Assembly: GCA_030770535.1 (NCBI GenBank)
Contig: JASVEC010000021.1
Location: forward strand, 558,001-622,000
From: Batkoa obscura
Lineage: Eukaryota
Length of the DNA: 64,000 bases
Reading direction: 5' to 3'
Positions 38,941 to 52,098 of this stretch are shown here, piece after piece; the first letter of the stretch is position 1, and each line of letters begins with the position of its first letter. The notes below the pieces were generated by a model. It ran no database searches. It was not told the DNA's origin and saw only the letters and a list, made by a program, of their open reading frames with translations. The position numbers were made by a program, and so were the translations under genes.

Positions 38941-41900
38941 TTATCTTTTATTCTCAATAATAGTTAAAATGTCCGTAACTTCATTAAGTACAATGACAGA
39001 TGGGAAAAAGAGAGTTACGAATAGGTTGACAGAAATAGCGGAAAAGCAAGTGACAACAGCAAATATATAACGTGGAGCAAATAATTTCCAAACCATTAAA
39101 TGACGTTGATGATATCCTGCCCATAATGAAGAAAATGCTAAATCTAAACTAAAGATTAAGAAATATACATTAAAATATCTCATCAAACAATGTGGTATAG
39201 TAGTATATAACTTATTTAAGTTAGGTTCTGATTTAAAATAATAAATGTAAAGCATAGCTAAGGCTATTAAAATTTGTCCTGAGGTAGTATTAAGGATGAT
39301 TAATAAAGGAGAAAGTAAGTTATGCTTTTCATATAAACCAACAAACCCAATATTCCATTGTAATGAAGATAAGGTGGCTTGATGCCCAGTTGAAAAAAAT
39401 ATTAATTTGGATACTAAAAACAACCATAATATAAAACTAATTTGAAGAGAGTTTGGTAAAATGGATGATCTATTATTATCACCTCTAGGTAATAATAAGT
39501 AAATCTCCTTAATTAAATCAACAATATTGGAATATATTATTATTGCTACGAACCCAAGCGATACTACTATACTTCCCATGGGTAATTGTACTGAGATTAG
39601 TAACAAGTAAATTATACTTAAAAATAATAAGATTGGAGCACCATACCCATTACCAATACCTAATACTACCATCGAATGAATTACACTATTATTATTATCT
39701 TTATCATCAGTATTTGTGTTATTGTATTGAATCATTTCAACATTAATAAGTAATGGATTACTGAAAAATAAGAATAAACCAGTAATTAAAAATAAACTAA
39801 TTGTTAAACGTATCAAATAGATCTTGATAAAATTAAGTAAATCAAAATATACTGGATTTTCATTGATTAATGTAATATTATTATTGTCTATAAAATAATA
39901 TAATATTATTAATACTACATAAACTGGGAATAAATAATCCATCCAAATGGGTGCTGATGTAAAATAACTCTTTGTTTGTTTAAATTGATGAACTATCAAG
40001 TTCTTTAACAGAAATGCTACTATCAAACTAATTAATATGACTGGATAAGATGTAATAGTTGAAAAGGACTCTAAAGAATTACTAACATTACTCAACATAG
40101 CAAACAACTTATTATTGAATAAAATGTTAGTCAAATTATAAAATGTTGGTTTACAATATTCCATCTGCTCTTCTCTACAAATAGTAATTTGATATTGAAT
40201 TGTAAATAATAGTAATAAAGCTAAGCTGTACTGTATTAATTTATTACTATTTGTTTTTATAATATTGCTCCTATTATCTATATTGTTATTATTGTTTAAG
40301 TAAAACTTTAAATAACAAATGAGTCCAACATGATAAAACACCAATAAATAATAAATTAAAGAGTCTTCACTGATTACTAAATTGACTGAAGCGTTGGTAA
40401 ATATAATAAATAATATCGTGATTATATTATTTACTATAAAGAACAAGTCCATAGAATTATAATTGACATTAACAATATTCTTAATATTAAACTTAACAAT
40501 TGATTCATTTTCGATAATTTCGTAGCCAAAATTGATAAAGTATCCAATAACTGATGATGCTAATATTGAAAAGATAAAATTATCTTCTAAGGCTGGGGTA
40601 ACTTTAGTTACACCTAACAATCCACAGATACCACCGATAAATCCTGTTCCGAATAATAAAGATAATAATCTGCCCATCCTTAGATTAAAGTTCTTTTCAT
40701 ATTGTTTTGTAGGATATGTTTTAAACATTACTTCACATGCTAAGATTATACAGCTTACTAATAGTAAAAATAACCCCATCTGAATATTCGTTTGATTAAA
40801 TTGGGCCCATCGATTTTTACAATTATTTAAATTCAAATTAAAAAATTGGTAGGAATTTAAAATTAACTGCTTTAAATCATTAACATCAACGTTCTCTTTG
40901 TTATTGACATTCTCAGTAACATCATTAAACTTATTGTAATATTCCAACAATTCATCGTTGATGTGTAATGGATCATTTGAATTTAATTTGTTATATTCAT
41001 TTAAATACGTATATATTTGCTTTATGTTTCTTTTGAGATAATTAATAAATCCAACATCATTTACGTCACTTAAAAATAAATCTAAAATTACTTTACCCAA
41101 ATTATTAAAAGGTACCTCTAAGCCCATTAATAAACTAAACGTTGGTACAAAATCAATTTGGTTAACAGTACGTACCTTATCGTTAAATACATGATTGATT
41201 TGGTTTCCATTAATTAATTCATTATAACTATTATTTTCATTCAATAAGTTTAATTTCATAAATAACTCATTCTGTTGATAATAATTCCTAATCTTCTTCT
41301 TACTCAAAACAATCAATCCAGCTTCAATCTCATTATTACTTTCTCCACCATGATCTCCTTTCATATCCATACCATGGTCACCAAATACAAATAGTATTGT
41401 ATCTTCATCCATCTTTTGATATAAATCAAAGATAAACTCATCCATCTGTTTCAATTTTCTTTTCATTTCGCTATGGTTAGGTCCATATCTATGCCCACAA
41501 TGATCGACCCCCAAAAAATGAGCAATAATCACATCCCATTCCCTTTCTGAGCTTTTATTGTAAAATACATCATCAAATTGTTGAAATATATTATTATCTA
41601 CGGTATCTAAGTCCCAAACATTGAATGAATCAGAGCCTAACTCTATATCAAACTTATTAGGATACAAGCTTAACCAAGTATCATCTCCTAAAAAGGCAAT
41701 CGATTTATTATTATTCACTAATTGGCTAATTATATTATCTTCTGTTATATTTCCTCCATTAAAATTAGCACCAGCATCGATAAAAGTTGGTAATGAACCA
41801 GTGGTTAAACCTTTGATCCTTTGCAGAGTAGTAGTTGGAGCATCGGCGATAAATTTAAATAACAAATTATTATCTTTTTCTGACAACAATTCATTCACTT

Positions 41901-42303
41901 TTTCAAACTGATTCAAATATTCTTTATCCTTAATTAGCTTACCCTCACTATCTTTAGCTTCTGAAATAAACTCATACTTTAAGGCATCAATTAATACAAT
42001 GATACTTTTGGTGAATTTCGGTTCTATTTTACTACTTCCTAAATCTACAGTCTCATTGTCCAAAGTCACTCTGGTCAATAGGAACCCATCTTTAAAAAAT
42101 CGGCTGCCAAAAGCTAAAAGCATGAGAATGTATAGTAGAAATAAACTCATTGATACATGAGTACGTGTGATATGTTGACGGTTATCATATTGCTCTTTTT
42201 CAATCTTCCTTTGGATGTACTTTTCTTCTTCTACTTGGTTAGCATCGGCAGCGGAAGTTGACGCAGCTGGCTTATTAGCTGGTGGATTGCGTTGTCTTGA
42301 CAT
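38941..42303 (-). CDS. GPI13: GPI ethanolamine phosphate transferase 3 (PIG-O), intronless
   Basis: 1120 aa; DAPTTTLQRIKGLTTGSLPTFIDAG, HFLGVDHCGH, GDHGM, many TM helices, RHLMVWKLFAPRY. Confidence 0.93.
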   Translation of the reverse strand: MSRQRNPPANKPAASTSAADANQVEEEKYIQRKIEKEQYDNRQHITRTHVSMSLFLLYILMLLAFGSRFFKDGFLLTRVTLDNETVDLGSSKIEPKFTKSIIVLIDALKYEFISEAKDSEGKLIKDKEYLNQFEKVNELLSEKDNNLLFKFIADAPTTTLQRIKGLTTGSLPTFIDAGANFNGGNITEDNIISQLVNNNKSIAFLGDDTWLSLYPNKFDIELGSDSFNVWDLDTVDNNIFQQFDDVFYNKSSEREWDVIIAHFLGVDHCGHRYGPNHSEMKRKLKQMDEFIFDLYQKMDEDTILFVFGDHGMDMKGDHGGESNNEIEAGLIVLSKKKIRNYYQQNELFMKLNLLNENNSYNELINGNQINHVFNDKVRTVNQIDFVPTFSLLMGLEVPFNNLGKVILDLFLSDVNDVGFINYLKRNIKQIYTYLNEYNKLNSNDPLHINDELLEYYNKFNDVTENVNNKENVDVNDLKQLILNSYQFFNLNLNNCKNRWAQFNQTNIQMGLFLLLVSCIILACEVMFKTYPTKQYEKNFNLRMGRLLSLLFGTGFIGGICGLLGVTKVTPALEDNFIFSILASSVIGYFINFGYEIIENESIVKFNIKNIVNVNYNSMDLFFIVNNIITILFIIFTNASVNLVISEDSLIYYLLVFYHVGLICYLKFYLNNNNNIDNRSNIIKTNSNKLIQYSLALLLLFTIQYQITICREEQMEYCKPTFYNLTNILFNNKLFAMLSNVSNSLESFSTITSYPVILISLIVAFLLKNLIVHQFKQTKSYFTSAPIWMDYLFPVYVVLIILYYFIDNNNITLINENPVYFDLLNFIKIYLIRLTISLFLITGLFLFFSNPLLINVEMIQYNNTNTDDKDNNNSVIHSMVVLGIGNGYGAPILLFLSIIYLLLISVQLPMGSIVVSLGFVAIIIYSNIVDLIKEIYLLLPRGDNNRSSILPNSLQISFILWLFLVSKLIFFSTGHQATLSSLQWNIGFVGLYEKHNLLSPLLIILNTTSGQILIALAMLYIYYFKSEPNLNKLYTTIPHCLMRYFNVYFLIFSLDLAFSSLWAGYHQRHLMVWKLFAPRYIFAVVTCFSAISVNLFVTLFFPSVIVLNEVTDILTIIENKR

Positions 42304-44470
42304 CGCGTTAGTATGATAGTTTATGTTATACTCTTATAAAATTATGGCTTTATAGTGTATGTTGCAATCTATTTCTTTGTTAGCCACCTTAGCCCTATTG
42401 GAAGTTTATCGATGGCAGATGAGGAATCTTAATTTTCAACTTAATGATTTTATTAGCTTTTTTCAGATTTAGATTTTATCCAATCAGTGGCTAAATATGA
42501 GCTCTATTCTTCTTTACAACCAGTGAAAGTGAGTGAATTGGTTGAAGCTTTGAAATTATTTAATCAATGAGGTGGAACCTTCTTTTTATTTGGATTAGAC
42601 ATTTCGGGTTTATATCCCATAATGTAAGGGATGAGGTTAATTGATAAATATTACTGCTGATAGAACTATACTCTGTTGATAGGCCCTAGTTGCTGTTTGT
42701 TAGAGCGTGCTATAGTGAAATGAAAACTCTTCATTTGTAGTTAAAGTGGATTTTAGCTTTTGTTAATTGAATTATTTCTAATTATAAATGTTTCTTGCAA
42801 TGGTTTCTTTTATTCTGTAGCGCTTGCGTCACCGAAAATTATTGGCTGAAGGAAAAGAAAATCAAAGAATCGGCTCATAAGGCAATAGGAGTATAATATC
42901 AAAATAAAGATAAAAAAGCAGTAAAAACCAACAAAAATATTCAAACTTTATATAAATATCATAAGCTTTAGGTATAAAAAGATATATGTTTTTGTTCATC
43001 TGATAAATAGCATCGTTTTGTTTAAAAAAAAATCCTTTAATAAATACCAGCGTGATATTTGGTACCCTTAAAAATCGGGGATTAGTTGTATAATATTCCC
43101 ACGGGGTATACAACTTTGTTTAGTTTTGAAATTTAAAACAAAAATAGAAATATTGCTCACAAAATTCTAAATAGATGAGTAAGATTATACTGCTCAATAC
43201 TACTCTTTAAAACTTTATAGTATTTTCAATAATCCAACTTCAATTATTCCTTGAGATCCTCCTGCTTTGCGCCACTAAAATTAATAATAACTTCAATGTT
43301 CCAATTTTTTCCTGCAGAATTTCGAACACGCCTTTTTTGCAAATTGAAACTGCATAAATCGGATGTTTTGATAAGAGGATGGAGTAATTTGATACAAGTA
43401 AAGTAGGGTGATAGGATTAGATTATAGAATCTTTTCTTTTATAAAAGATAATATAGTTGATTTTATTTCATTATAAATAGTAAAGACTCCATAAGTTTAT
43501 ATTTAAATAGGAATGATATACAGCTGGAAGTTGAACAATCTAAAGAATTTTTTCTAGCTAGATTAGGGAAGTTTAGCTGTTTTAAATTTTTGTTAATTTT
43601 TTGGGTTGCTAAAATTGAAAGTTAAGATGATTGGTTTTGGATTTAATTAAACCCCAAAATATTTAAAATGGTACGATAAAATATTATTTAATATAGAACG
43701 TTTTTTTCACAATAGTTGAAAATAGTAAGAAATTTATATTAAAAAATAAACTTAAAATTTTAATTAAAAACAATTCTAAATGCTGAATATTTTAAATAGC
43801 AAATAAATTTTTTAGGGCTAATTGAAGTATTGAAGTATTCATGAAATTTTTATAAATTAATTTTCAGGGAATGTTCTTCTAAATTCTTGAATTATTATTA
43901 AATAAAGAGAATAGGCCAATTAAATATGGCAGATTATGAATAATTATTGTATTAAATTACAAATTTGGAATAAATATGAAGATTATAATAATAATAGAAA
44001 GCTCATAAATAAATTAATTTTTAATTGACATAAAATAAAAGCTCATACTTTATTTAAAATTTAAGCTCATCAATTACCAAAACAACCGATTTGTTGCAGA
44101 CTTAGAAGTGAATCTTAGTCATGAGGATTTTTATAATGATAAGATAATACAAAATATAAGTAAACTCGATGATAAAAGATAAGAATAAATAAATAATGCA
44201 TTAGGGGCCTTTTATTTTAAGGCAGCTACAACCGGGTTTTACAGTGAGAAACCATCCTTGAAAAAAAACAGAAAATCAAAGGGATAATTATCAAATTTAA
44301 CATTTACACCAGCGATTTAAGCCAATCAAAAGCTTATAAAATTGAAACTCGATTTAATTGGCCTTTAAAATTAGGTAACAATTATAAAATATGAGCTTTA
44401 GTTCGAACTTGAAGCTCAACCTTTTATTTTCCAAACTAAAAAACTTTTCAACAAGGTTGCTTATTAAAAA

Positions 44471-47400
44471 ATGTTTGGGCACTCTCTATTGCGTAGTGTG
44501 ATTAACCGGTCCACAAAGAACCCTATTGAAATGGTGGTAACGTGTATTCTGGTTTTAAGTTTTGTTATAACATATGTATGGAGTTTATTGAGCGGAGATA
44601 GGATTTTTAGTTATGATAGAATCCAAGATTTAACCTACAGAACGCAATCCTATTCGTTAGATGGAGAAAGGATTATGGAAGATGAACCTAAATTCACCTT
44701 AAAAAGCATCTTGATCACTGTTCCTCATGGTTCTGAATATCCCGGAGTACTTAATAAGCCTACTTTGGTCCATGGTTTAGATTATTTAAATCATATTACT
44801 AAAAACATGACTATTAACCAAACAGGAACTACTCTTTTCGATCTTTGTCAACATGCCAAATCTTTCGATTCCTCTTGTTTAATGTATAGTGTTTTCGATG
44901 CGTGGGAAAATGATTCGGAAATTTTAAATAGGGATGAGAACCCAAGTGCTACAATCCAGAATCTTGCATTAACATCAAGCATATATTCCAATTTAATTGT
45001 AGACCATACCATATCAAAAGAGAAAGAGTTGCTTAATGCATCTGGATTGTTGATTTCGTTTGTAATTCCAACCATTAATAATGAGTTCACAGAGTCATTT
45101 AATAAATGGGAGAGAAACTTACACAACTTTAAGTTTGGTAACTTTACCGCTCAACCACTCAGCTCATCGTTTAATTTTACTAACAATTCGGATTCAAATT
45201 CCGTGTTTGGTGACTTGAAAATTTTAAGCTTAAAGTTCAAAATTTTATTTGAAGAGTCTAGCAATGCGGAGGTTTTTACTGTATTCGCTGGTTATCTCAT
45301 GATGTACGCTACTTTTGTCGCTTTGTTTTATAAAATGAGACAGATTGGATCTTATGTCACTTTGCCTTTGTCTTCCCTTTTATTGGCAATCAGTGCTTTC
45401 TTATGCTCTTTACTTACGCTTGGGCTTATTGGTAGCGAAGTTGATTTGGTTATCTTTACTGAAGGTATTCCTTTCTTTGTCAGTGCTATTGGATTTAATA
45501 AACCATGTAAAATGTTCCGTGCCGTTTTAGATAAATACAATAATGAATCCAAAGATGAAGCAAAGAGTTCTTCAGAGATCATCGCTTCAGGGGTAGAATC
45601 GATTTCCTCTTCCTTACTTAGAGAATATTCTTTTGAAATCGGCGTTTTATCTCTTGGTGCTGCTACTGGCATCAAAGGGCTTTCAGAGTTTTGTTTACTT
45701 AGCGCCTTAACTGTCTTATACGATGCTATCTTTTTATTTACTACTTTCCCAGCTATTCTCACCCTTAAAGTAGAATTGTTACGTAAACGTGAAAACAAAA
45801 TCAAAAAAGTCAGTTCCGAGCTTGATTTAACCAACCCAGCCAATTATAAAAAGATCACATTAAGAGCTTTGGTAGATGATTATTCTGAAAATGATCCCTC
45901 TAGCTCTACTATTTCACACGTTAAAATATTACTAATTTTAGCTTTTGTATTGATGCAAGCACCTGGCTTGATCAATAAAAGCCCAGCAATTACAAACAAT
46001 ATTTTGGAACCAATGGATTACAATTTTATTTTAGAAGCTATTTCAAAACGGACTGGCCTTAGTGAGTATACCATCAAAGTATGCACTCCTTTTGTTGTTA
46101 TCGGCCGTCAATTAGGCTTCATCGATTCCCTCAACTCTCTCTTTGGTGCTTCTGATTTCACTAATAAGGTTCTTGGCTCTTTATTGATTGTTTCTTTGAC
46201 GATAAATGCGATGATGTATCTCTCTACTAACCAAACTAAAACTGAAAAGACGATTACCCCCCCAGTTTCTGTTCCCTCTATCCCAATTTCAACCCCAGCT
46301 GCATTAGCTATGACCCCAATCGAAAAGGCTCCCCAATCACCTACAGAGGATTCGACCACTAAAGTATGTAAATTTTTAATTGATGGTGATCAAGTACGTG
46401 ATATTGAAGAGTGCGCTGAGATCATTAAAATTGCACCGGAAGCTTTATCAGATTTAGAGGTCCTTCAACTTGTTAAAGCAGGTAAACTTGCTTCATATGC
46501 ACTTGAAAAAACGTTAGGTGACCTTACACGTGCGGTCAATATCCGTCGTTCCCTTATTTCCCCTGGGTTAGCTAGCAGTTTCCTTCCTTTCCAACATTAC
46601 GATTATTCCAAAGTGATTGGCCAATGCTGTGAAAATGTGGTTGGATATATGCCTTTACCAGTGGGTATTGCTGGCCCTATCAATGTAGATGGTGTTTCTT
46701 ACCATGTACCTATGGCTACTACTGAAGGTTGCTTGGTTGCTTCTACCTCTCGTGGATGTAAAGCAATCAATCTTGGCGGCGGAGCAACCACTGTACTTAG
46801 TCAAGACGGTATTACCCGTGGACCATGCGTTGAATTCCCCAGTTTAACAGAAGCTTTTGAGTGCAAAGACTATATTGAATCTGAAGAAGGATATAATCAT
46901 GTTAAACAAGCATTTGACTCTACCTCTCGCTTTGCACGTTTACAAAGGATAAAAGCGGCCTTAGCTGGACGTTTGCTCTTTATCAGATTTGCTACCTCGA
47001 CTGGGGATGCTATGGGTATGAACATGGTTTCAAAAGGATCTGAAAAGGCTCTTGCTGCTCTTCAAGAAAGATTCCCAGCTATGCAAATCATCTCCATTAG
47101 CGGTAATTACTGTACGGATAAAAAGCCAGCAGCTATCAACTGGATCGAAGGACGAGGTAAATCAGTAGTTGCTGAAGCAGTGATCCCCAAAAATGTTGTT
47201 GAGAAGGTATTAAAGACGACTGTAAGTGCATTGGTAGAACTGAACATATCGAAAAATTTAGTTGGCTCAGCCATGGCTGGGTCAGTAGGTGGATTCAGTG
47301 CACATGCGGCAAATATGCTCACAGCTGTGTTTTTAGCCACTGGTCAAGATCCAGCTCAAAATGTAGAAAGTTCCAATTGTATTACATTGATGAAAGCTGT

Positions 47401-47671
47401 TAACCAAGGTCAAGATTTATTAATCTCATGTTCTATGCCATCTATTGAGGTTGGTACCATCGGTGGCGGTACTCAGCTTCCTGCTCAAGCAGCTTGTCTT
47501 GATTTACTTGGAGTACGTGGCGCCCATCCACAAGAGCCTGGGGCGAATGCACGCCGATTAGCACGTGTGATCTGTGCAGCTGTTATGGCTGGTGAACTCT
47601 CACTTATGTCCGCATTGGCAGCAGGTCATTTAGTTCAAAGCCATATGCAACACAATAGAGCTAAAAAATAA
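44471..47671 (+). CDS. HMG1: HMG-CoA reductase (class I, with sterol-sensing membrane domain), intronless
   Basis: [56 protein letters not shown]-terminal TM region. Confidence 0.97.
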   Translation: MFGHSLLRSVINRSTKNPIEMVVTCILVLSFVITYVWSLLSGDRIFSYDRIQDLTYRTQSYSLDGERIMEDEPKFTLKSILITVPHGSEYPGVLNKPTLVHGLDYLNHITKNMTINQTGTTLFDLCQHAKSFDSSCLMYSVFDAWENDSEILNRDENPSATIQNLALTSSIYSNLIVDHTISKEKELLNASGLLISFVIPTINNEFTESFNKWERNLHNFKFGNFTAQPLSSSFNFTNNSDSNSVFGDLKILSLKFKILFEESSNAEVFTVFAGYLMMYATFVALFYKMRQIGSYVTLPLSSLLLAISAFLCSLLTLGLIGSEVDLVIFTEGIPFFVSAIGFNKPCKMFRAVLDKYNNESKDEAKSSSEIIASGVESISSSLLREYSFEIGVLSLGAATGIKGLSEFCLLSALTVLYDAIFLFTTFPAILTLKVELLRKRENKIKKVSSELDLTNPANYKKITLRALVDDYSENDPSSSTISHVKILLILAFVLMQAPGLINKSPAITNNILEPMDYNFILEAISKRTGLSEYTIKVCTPFVVIGRQLGFIDSLNSLFGASDFTNKVLGSLLIVSLTINAMMYLSTNQTKTEKTITPPVSVPSIPISTPAALAMTPIEKAPQSPTEDSTTKVCKFLIDGDQVRDIEECAEIIKIAPEALSDLEVLQLVKAGKLASYALEKTLGDLTRAVNIRRSLISPGLASSFLPFQHYDYSKVIGQCCENVVGYMPLPVGIAGPINVDGVSYHVPMATTEGCLVASTSRGCKAINLGGGATTVLSQDGITRGPCVEFPSLTEAFECKDYIESEEGYNHVKQAFDSTSRFARLQRIKAALAGRLLFIRFATSTGDAMGMNMVSKGSEKALAALQERFPAMQIISISGNYCTDKKPAAINWIEGRGKSVVAEAVIPKNVVEKVLKTTVSALVELNISKNLVGSAMAGSVGGFSAHAANMLTAVFLATGQDPAQNVESSNCITLMKAVNQGQDLLISCSMPSIEVGTIGGGTQLPAQAACLDLLGVRGAHPQEPGANARRLARVICAAVMAGELSLMSALAAGHLVQSHMQHNRAKK

Positions 47672-47947
47672 GGGGTGAGTGAGAATGAATTTTAACTAAT
47701 AGTATGCGATATGTAGTTTGCTTTTTAGAGCTTATATTTTCCTTAATTTTGTAGTTTTTTGTACACGCTGTGATGGCCATTTTTGAGATGAATGATGGCT
47801 ACACTTTCTTCTCATTTTTAAATAAAATTTAATACTTTTAGTTAGTATTTTCATTTTTCATAAACAGTATCGTATGTTCACTATATTTTAGCATGCTTCA
47901 ATTTGGTCTTTTTATTAAAGTAGAGTTACTTTGATATTTTAGTATAT

Positions 47948-48046
47948 GGGGATGTTTTTTTTGGCTTCATTACTTTTTCCATCCTCTAAGCACTATTTGA
48001 GCGGAAACTTTATTAGTAAAATTCTTAAACATAAAAATACATCCCT
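47948..48046 (+). mobile_element. MITE copy, TSD ATAT
   Basis: GGGGATGTTTTT...AAAAATACATCCCT with ATAT flanks. Confidence 0.88.
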
Positions 48047-48126
48047 ATATAGATGAATTTAAAGCTTTGGCTACAGTAAGAAAACTTATAGTTTATCTAG
48101 ATCCAAATTTCGAAAAATTAATATAT

Positions 48127-48221
48127 GTGGGTGTTTTTTTTGGCTTCATCACTTCTATATTTTTTTAAGTGCTATTTGAGCAAAAAATTAGTAAAATTCT
48201 TAAACACAAAAATATATCCCC
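48127..48221 (+). mobile_element. MITE copy
   Basis: Consensus match with small internal deletions; flanks ATAT/ATGT. Confidence 0.8.
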
Positions 48222-48658
48222 ATGTTTTATCTTGTATCATTCTGACCATTTTTTACCTAGTGTAAAGGAAAGGAATTTAGCAGCTAAATCCTGAAGTAAA
48301 AAAGCATTCCCATTAGTTTATTTAGCTTATTTGAAGTTCAAGTAATAAGCTGGGCTACAGCTGTTAAAGCTCAAAAAAGATGCAGCTAACCGTTCATTTC
48401 GGAATATAATTTTAGTCACAAATCTCATTAAAGTTTAAGAATGCACATTTAAAAAGAACAATTAAATAAATAATGCTCGAAGAAACTCACAAGAAATTAC
48501 ATATCAAACTTTAACAGCTATAATTTTATTGTATATAGTTTATGATTTTTATGCTTAAAGAAAGTAAAATTAAAATCCTTAATTTTAAGTATAATTCAAT
48601 CAGTAAAATGACAACACAATGCTATTAGTTATGAAAGTAACAATCTGAGATAGCATAT

Positions 48659-48755
48659 GGGAGTGTTTTTTTTGACTTCATTATTTTTTCATTTTTTGAG
48701 CGCTATTTGGGTGGAAAATTGTTAGTAGAATTCTTAAACACAAAAATGCATCCCC
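48659..48755 (+). mobile_element. MITE copy, TSD ATAT
   Basis: Full length; ATAT flanks. Confidence 0.86.
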
Positions 48756-49117
48756 ATATCTGTTGAATGAATTTAGTCTATACAAATCTGTCTTTGAAAA
48801 TCCATAAAGATCTGTGTAACATTTACTCAGAAAAACGTTCTCTAAAGTTTATTGACTAATCTAAATAATCGAGAAAAATCATTCAAAGACAAATGAATAA
48901 AAGCATCGCTATTTAGATAATAGCTAGACAATTTTTTTTAATTAAATCTATTTAATCAATGTGTTAATATATAACACATAAGTTCATAAAAAAGCCGCAT
49001 ATATCATAAAGGCCTCTATTTAATGAAAAATTATATAAGATTTTGGAAGTAAAAGCATAAAAAAATGTATAAAATAATACAATAAATACAGTTAGTAGCC
49101 ACTTTTGATCACAGCAT

Positions 49118-49214
49118 GGGGATGTATTTTTGTGTTTAAGGATTTTATTAGCAATCTTTCCACTCAAATAATGCTTAAGAGATGGAAAAAGTAATTAAGC
49201 CAAAAAACATCCAC
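49118..49214 (-). mobile_element. MITE copy
   Basis: Reverse-orientation consensus match. Confidence 0.82.
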
Positions 49215-49343
49215 ATACAAATTCTAGTTTTAAAGAGATGCTTTAATACCCATAAGCTTTATAATTCAAACTATACTTTATCCAATAAATTTTATAATAT
49301 TTTAACAAGCTATTTGTCAATATTCAACTTTTTTAATACATAT

Positions 49344-49440
49344 GGGGCTGTTTTTTTTGGTTTCATTATTTTTCCATTTTTTAAGCGCTATTTGAGTGGA
49401 AAAACCGTTAGTAAAATTCTTAAACACAAAATACATCCCC
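49344..49440 (+). mobile_element. MITE copy, TSD ATAT
   Basis: GGGG...CCCC termini with ATAT flanks. Confidence 0.87.
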
Positions 49441-50633
49441 ATATAGATAATAACTCTCAATCAATATCAACTTAAGATGTATAGTGATATAACATTTGGG
49501 TGGAATCAATCTGACTTCCCAAAACACATTTATAAATTAGTTGACTAATAATTTTACAAGGTTAGACACTTTATACAAATCAAATGCGACTTTGCAATAT
49601 CCACCTTCTTATCAATTATAAATATGTATATACTGTAACTATACTCAATTTATTGAACATAAATAGCTGTAAAAAGGGGTTTCAGGACTATACATAATAG
49701 CTGTAGGATTAAATTACTATTATACAGCCCTATTCATGGCTATGTCCATGTGCCTCAAAAAATAGCAAAAAAATGCGATTACAACGGCTAAATTATGTTA
49801 AAATAGTTATTGCATTTGGACTTGAAAGGTATTTGTTGCGGTTATATTTTGTCCTGTTCTTTTTTATAGTTCATGAATATAGTAATATAAATGGGACTAT
49901 CCAGTAGTTATCATTTAATACTTTTTAGTTGTTTTAATTTTCAAATAATTCAGTGACGTTGCTTTTTTAAAGTGCATTATTTAAAATGACTTTAATTAAC
50001 ATTACAATGAATCGATATTTTTGTAATTTTAAATTAAACGAATGAGATAATAGTTAATATATAATATAGTAATAAAGTAAAATTGATTATGTATCTATTC
50101 TTAACATGTCGTGCTATTTACATGAATCCTGAAAATTATTAAAACGCCAATTTCGGGATTATTTATTCATTGTAAAATAATTTTTAAAAAGAATGTATGC
50201 CTATATTATTGTTTATTTTATAAATAAGAGTAGTATTAATCCTATGAATCTTTAAGTTGGTATAAGCTTCTTATCTTGGCTGTGAACCGATACAAAGTTT
50301 ATGAGAGCTACTCATGTTGGGCTTCAATGTATACAAAGTAAAGGATTATCTTGCATTTCCAAGGAGCTAAAGAATTATTAATGAGTTCTTCAAAGTAAAT
50401 TTGGGATAATAAAGTTATATAAGTAGCAGAGTAGCCACATTCGGATTGAAGAACCAAGGTTTAATAGAATAAAATAAAATAAAATATTTAATAAGAGTTT
50501 GATTTAATTTGATCTAAAACAGATTAACATATTAAACTATTACAACGTACTATATGAACTAATAGATAAGTTGTTTCTAATTATAAGTTTCATTAAAAAA
50601 TATTTTTTTGTTATAAGCCTAAATTCAAATATC

Positions 50634-51900
50634 ATGGGCGTTACTATTAGCTCAGAAGCAATAGAAATAAAGGACAACATAAATTATTCATAATGAAATT
50701 AATAATAAAATAATTAAGCTCCATTTATTTACTGCTAGAGCTATATAGTTATATATGTAGTAATCCTAGAAAAACGTTCCGAACCAAGTTATTGGGAGCA
50801 TTTTGATTTTGGCTAAAGATAGATCCAGAAAAGTCAAAAATAGTTGGCAGGGCTATGAAGATGCTACACAATGCTTCATTATTAGTTGATGGCGTACAAT
50901 ATAATTCTGAATTAAGAAGAGTAAATTCAGGTAATTTAAATGAACCAAGGCTTATAACTGGCATTTGAGCTAGTTCTATAAAGTTGCTCATTGCATTTAT
51001 AAAATATCAATAACAATCAACTGCGCTAATTATATCTATTTTTAGCGTTACAAAAGGTTTATAAGTTAAATGATCCAAAATTAGTACAAATTTATTCTAC
51101 TGAATTAATCGAATTGCTCTAAGGTCAAGGAATGGAGTTGCATTATAAAGATAGAAATATTTGTCCTTCTGAATGTTAATATTCAGATATGATTAAAAAT
51201 AGTATTTTTTGTATTCTAGATCTGTATTTTGTATTTAGTTTATTTTAGAAACTGGTATTTATTGAGGTTAGGAATTAAAATGATGCAGCAAGCTTCAAAT
51301 CCTAATGTGTAAGTTTATCATTAATACATAATCATAATGATATATTGATAGTCAATTTGAAATAGAGATTACATGCATTTAGTTAATTTATTAGGTGAGC
51401 ACCATCAGATTCGAGATGATTATGTTAATTTAAAGGCAGAAGATGTAATTGCATTAAAATTAAATATTTTCATCAACTTCAATGATTTTTAGTACCACTC
51501 TGCTAAAGTTTATTGTCAAGATTTAAGTGAAGGAAAGTATTCATTTCCTATCATCCATTCTTTGAGAACTGGAGATAATATACATCAGTTAGAAAGTAAC
51601 TAATCCATTATATGACATTTACACCATGTATATATTGGTTATTATATCATTTCTATTATATTAGATGTTTTAAAACAGCGTACCGAAAATATCAACTTGA
51701 AGGAACTTGTCTTATTATTAATGGAAAAAATAAACTCCTTTAAATACACTAAAGCTTATTTAAATCAATTATTAATTCAAATTCAAGATTTAGTTTCAAG
51801 TCTTAATAAAAATGATTTATTATGTGATATTATTAATAAATTAAAATTTTGGGTAGTCCTGAATTTAAAAAGTCGAATCACAAATAAAGTTTATACCTAG
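50634..51900 (+). pseudogene. Geranylgeranyl diphosphate synthase (BTS1/GGPS1-like) pseudogene
   Basis: MLHNASLLVDGVQYNSELRR (first DDxxD degraded), TINCANY, GQGMEL, QIRDDY, CQDLSEGKYSFPIIHS, SFKYTK; in-frame stops (AF*FW, LL*GQG, EC*Y) and frameshifts. Confidence 0.85.
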
Positions 51901-52002
51901 TTTCATTATTTATCCTTGACTTTTCTCTTTTTTTGCTTCGCTTTTAAAACCATCTACCTAAGAAACAAAGTACCTATAATGTTTACAAAAAAAACAAGGT
52001 AT

Positions 52003-52098
52003 GGGGGTGTTTTTTTGGCCTCATTATTTTTTCTATCTTAAGTCCTATTTAAGTGGAAAATTTGTTAGTAAAATTCTTAAACATAAAAACACATCCCC
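52003..52098 (+). mobile_element. MITE copy
   Basis: GGGGGTGTTTTT...AAAACACATCCCC; flanks GTAT/CTAT. Confidence 0.84.

Noticed and set aside
42304..44470. Sterol-regulatory elements in the GPI13-HMG1 spacer
   Set aside because: No convincing SREBP or Upc2 consensus match found by eye.
47948..49440. Clustered repeats as a possible CRISPR array
   Set aside because: Units are ~98 bp, diverged, irregularly spaced, in both orientations, carry TSDs, and the genome is eukaryotic.
48964..49475. Short ORFs 48964-49167 and 49182-49475 (also 34694-34954 and 5596-5784)
   Set aside because: They run through MITE copies; the shared peptide (SKILKH) is translated MITE sequence.
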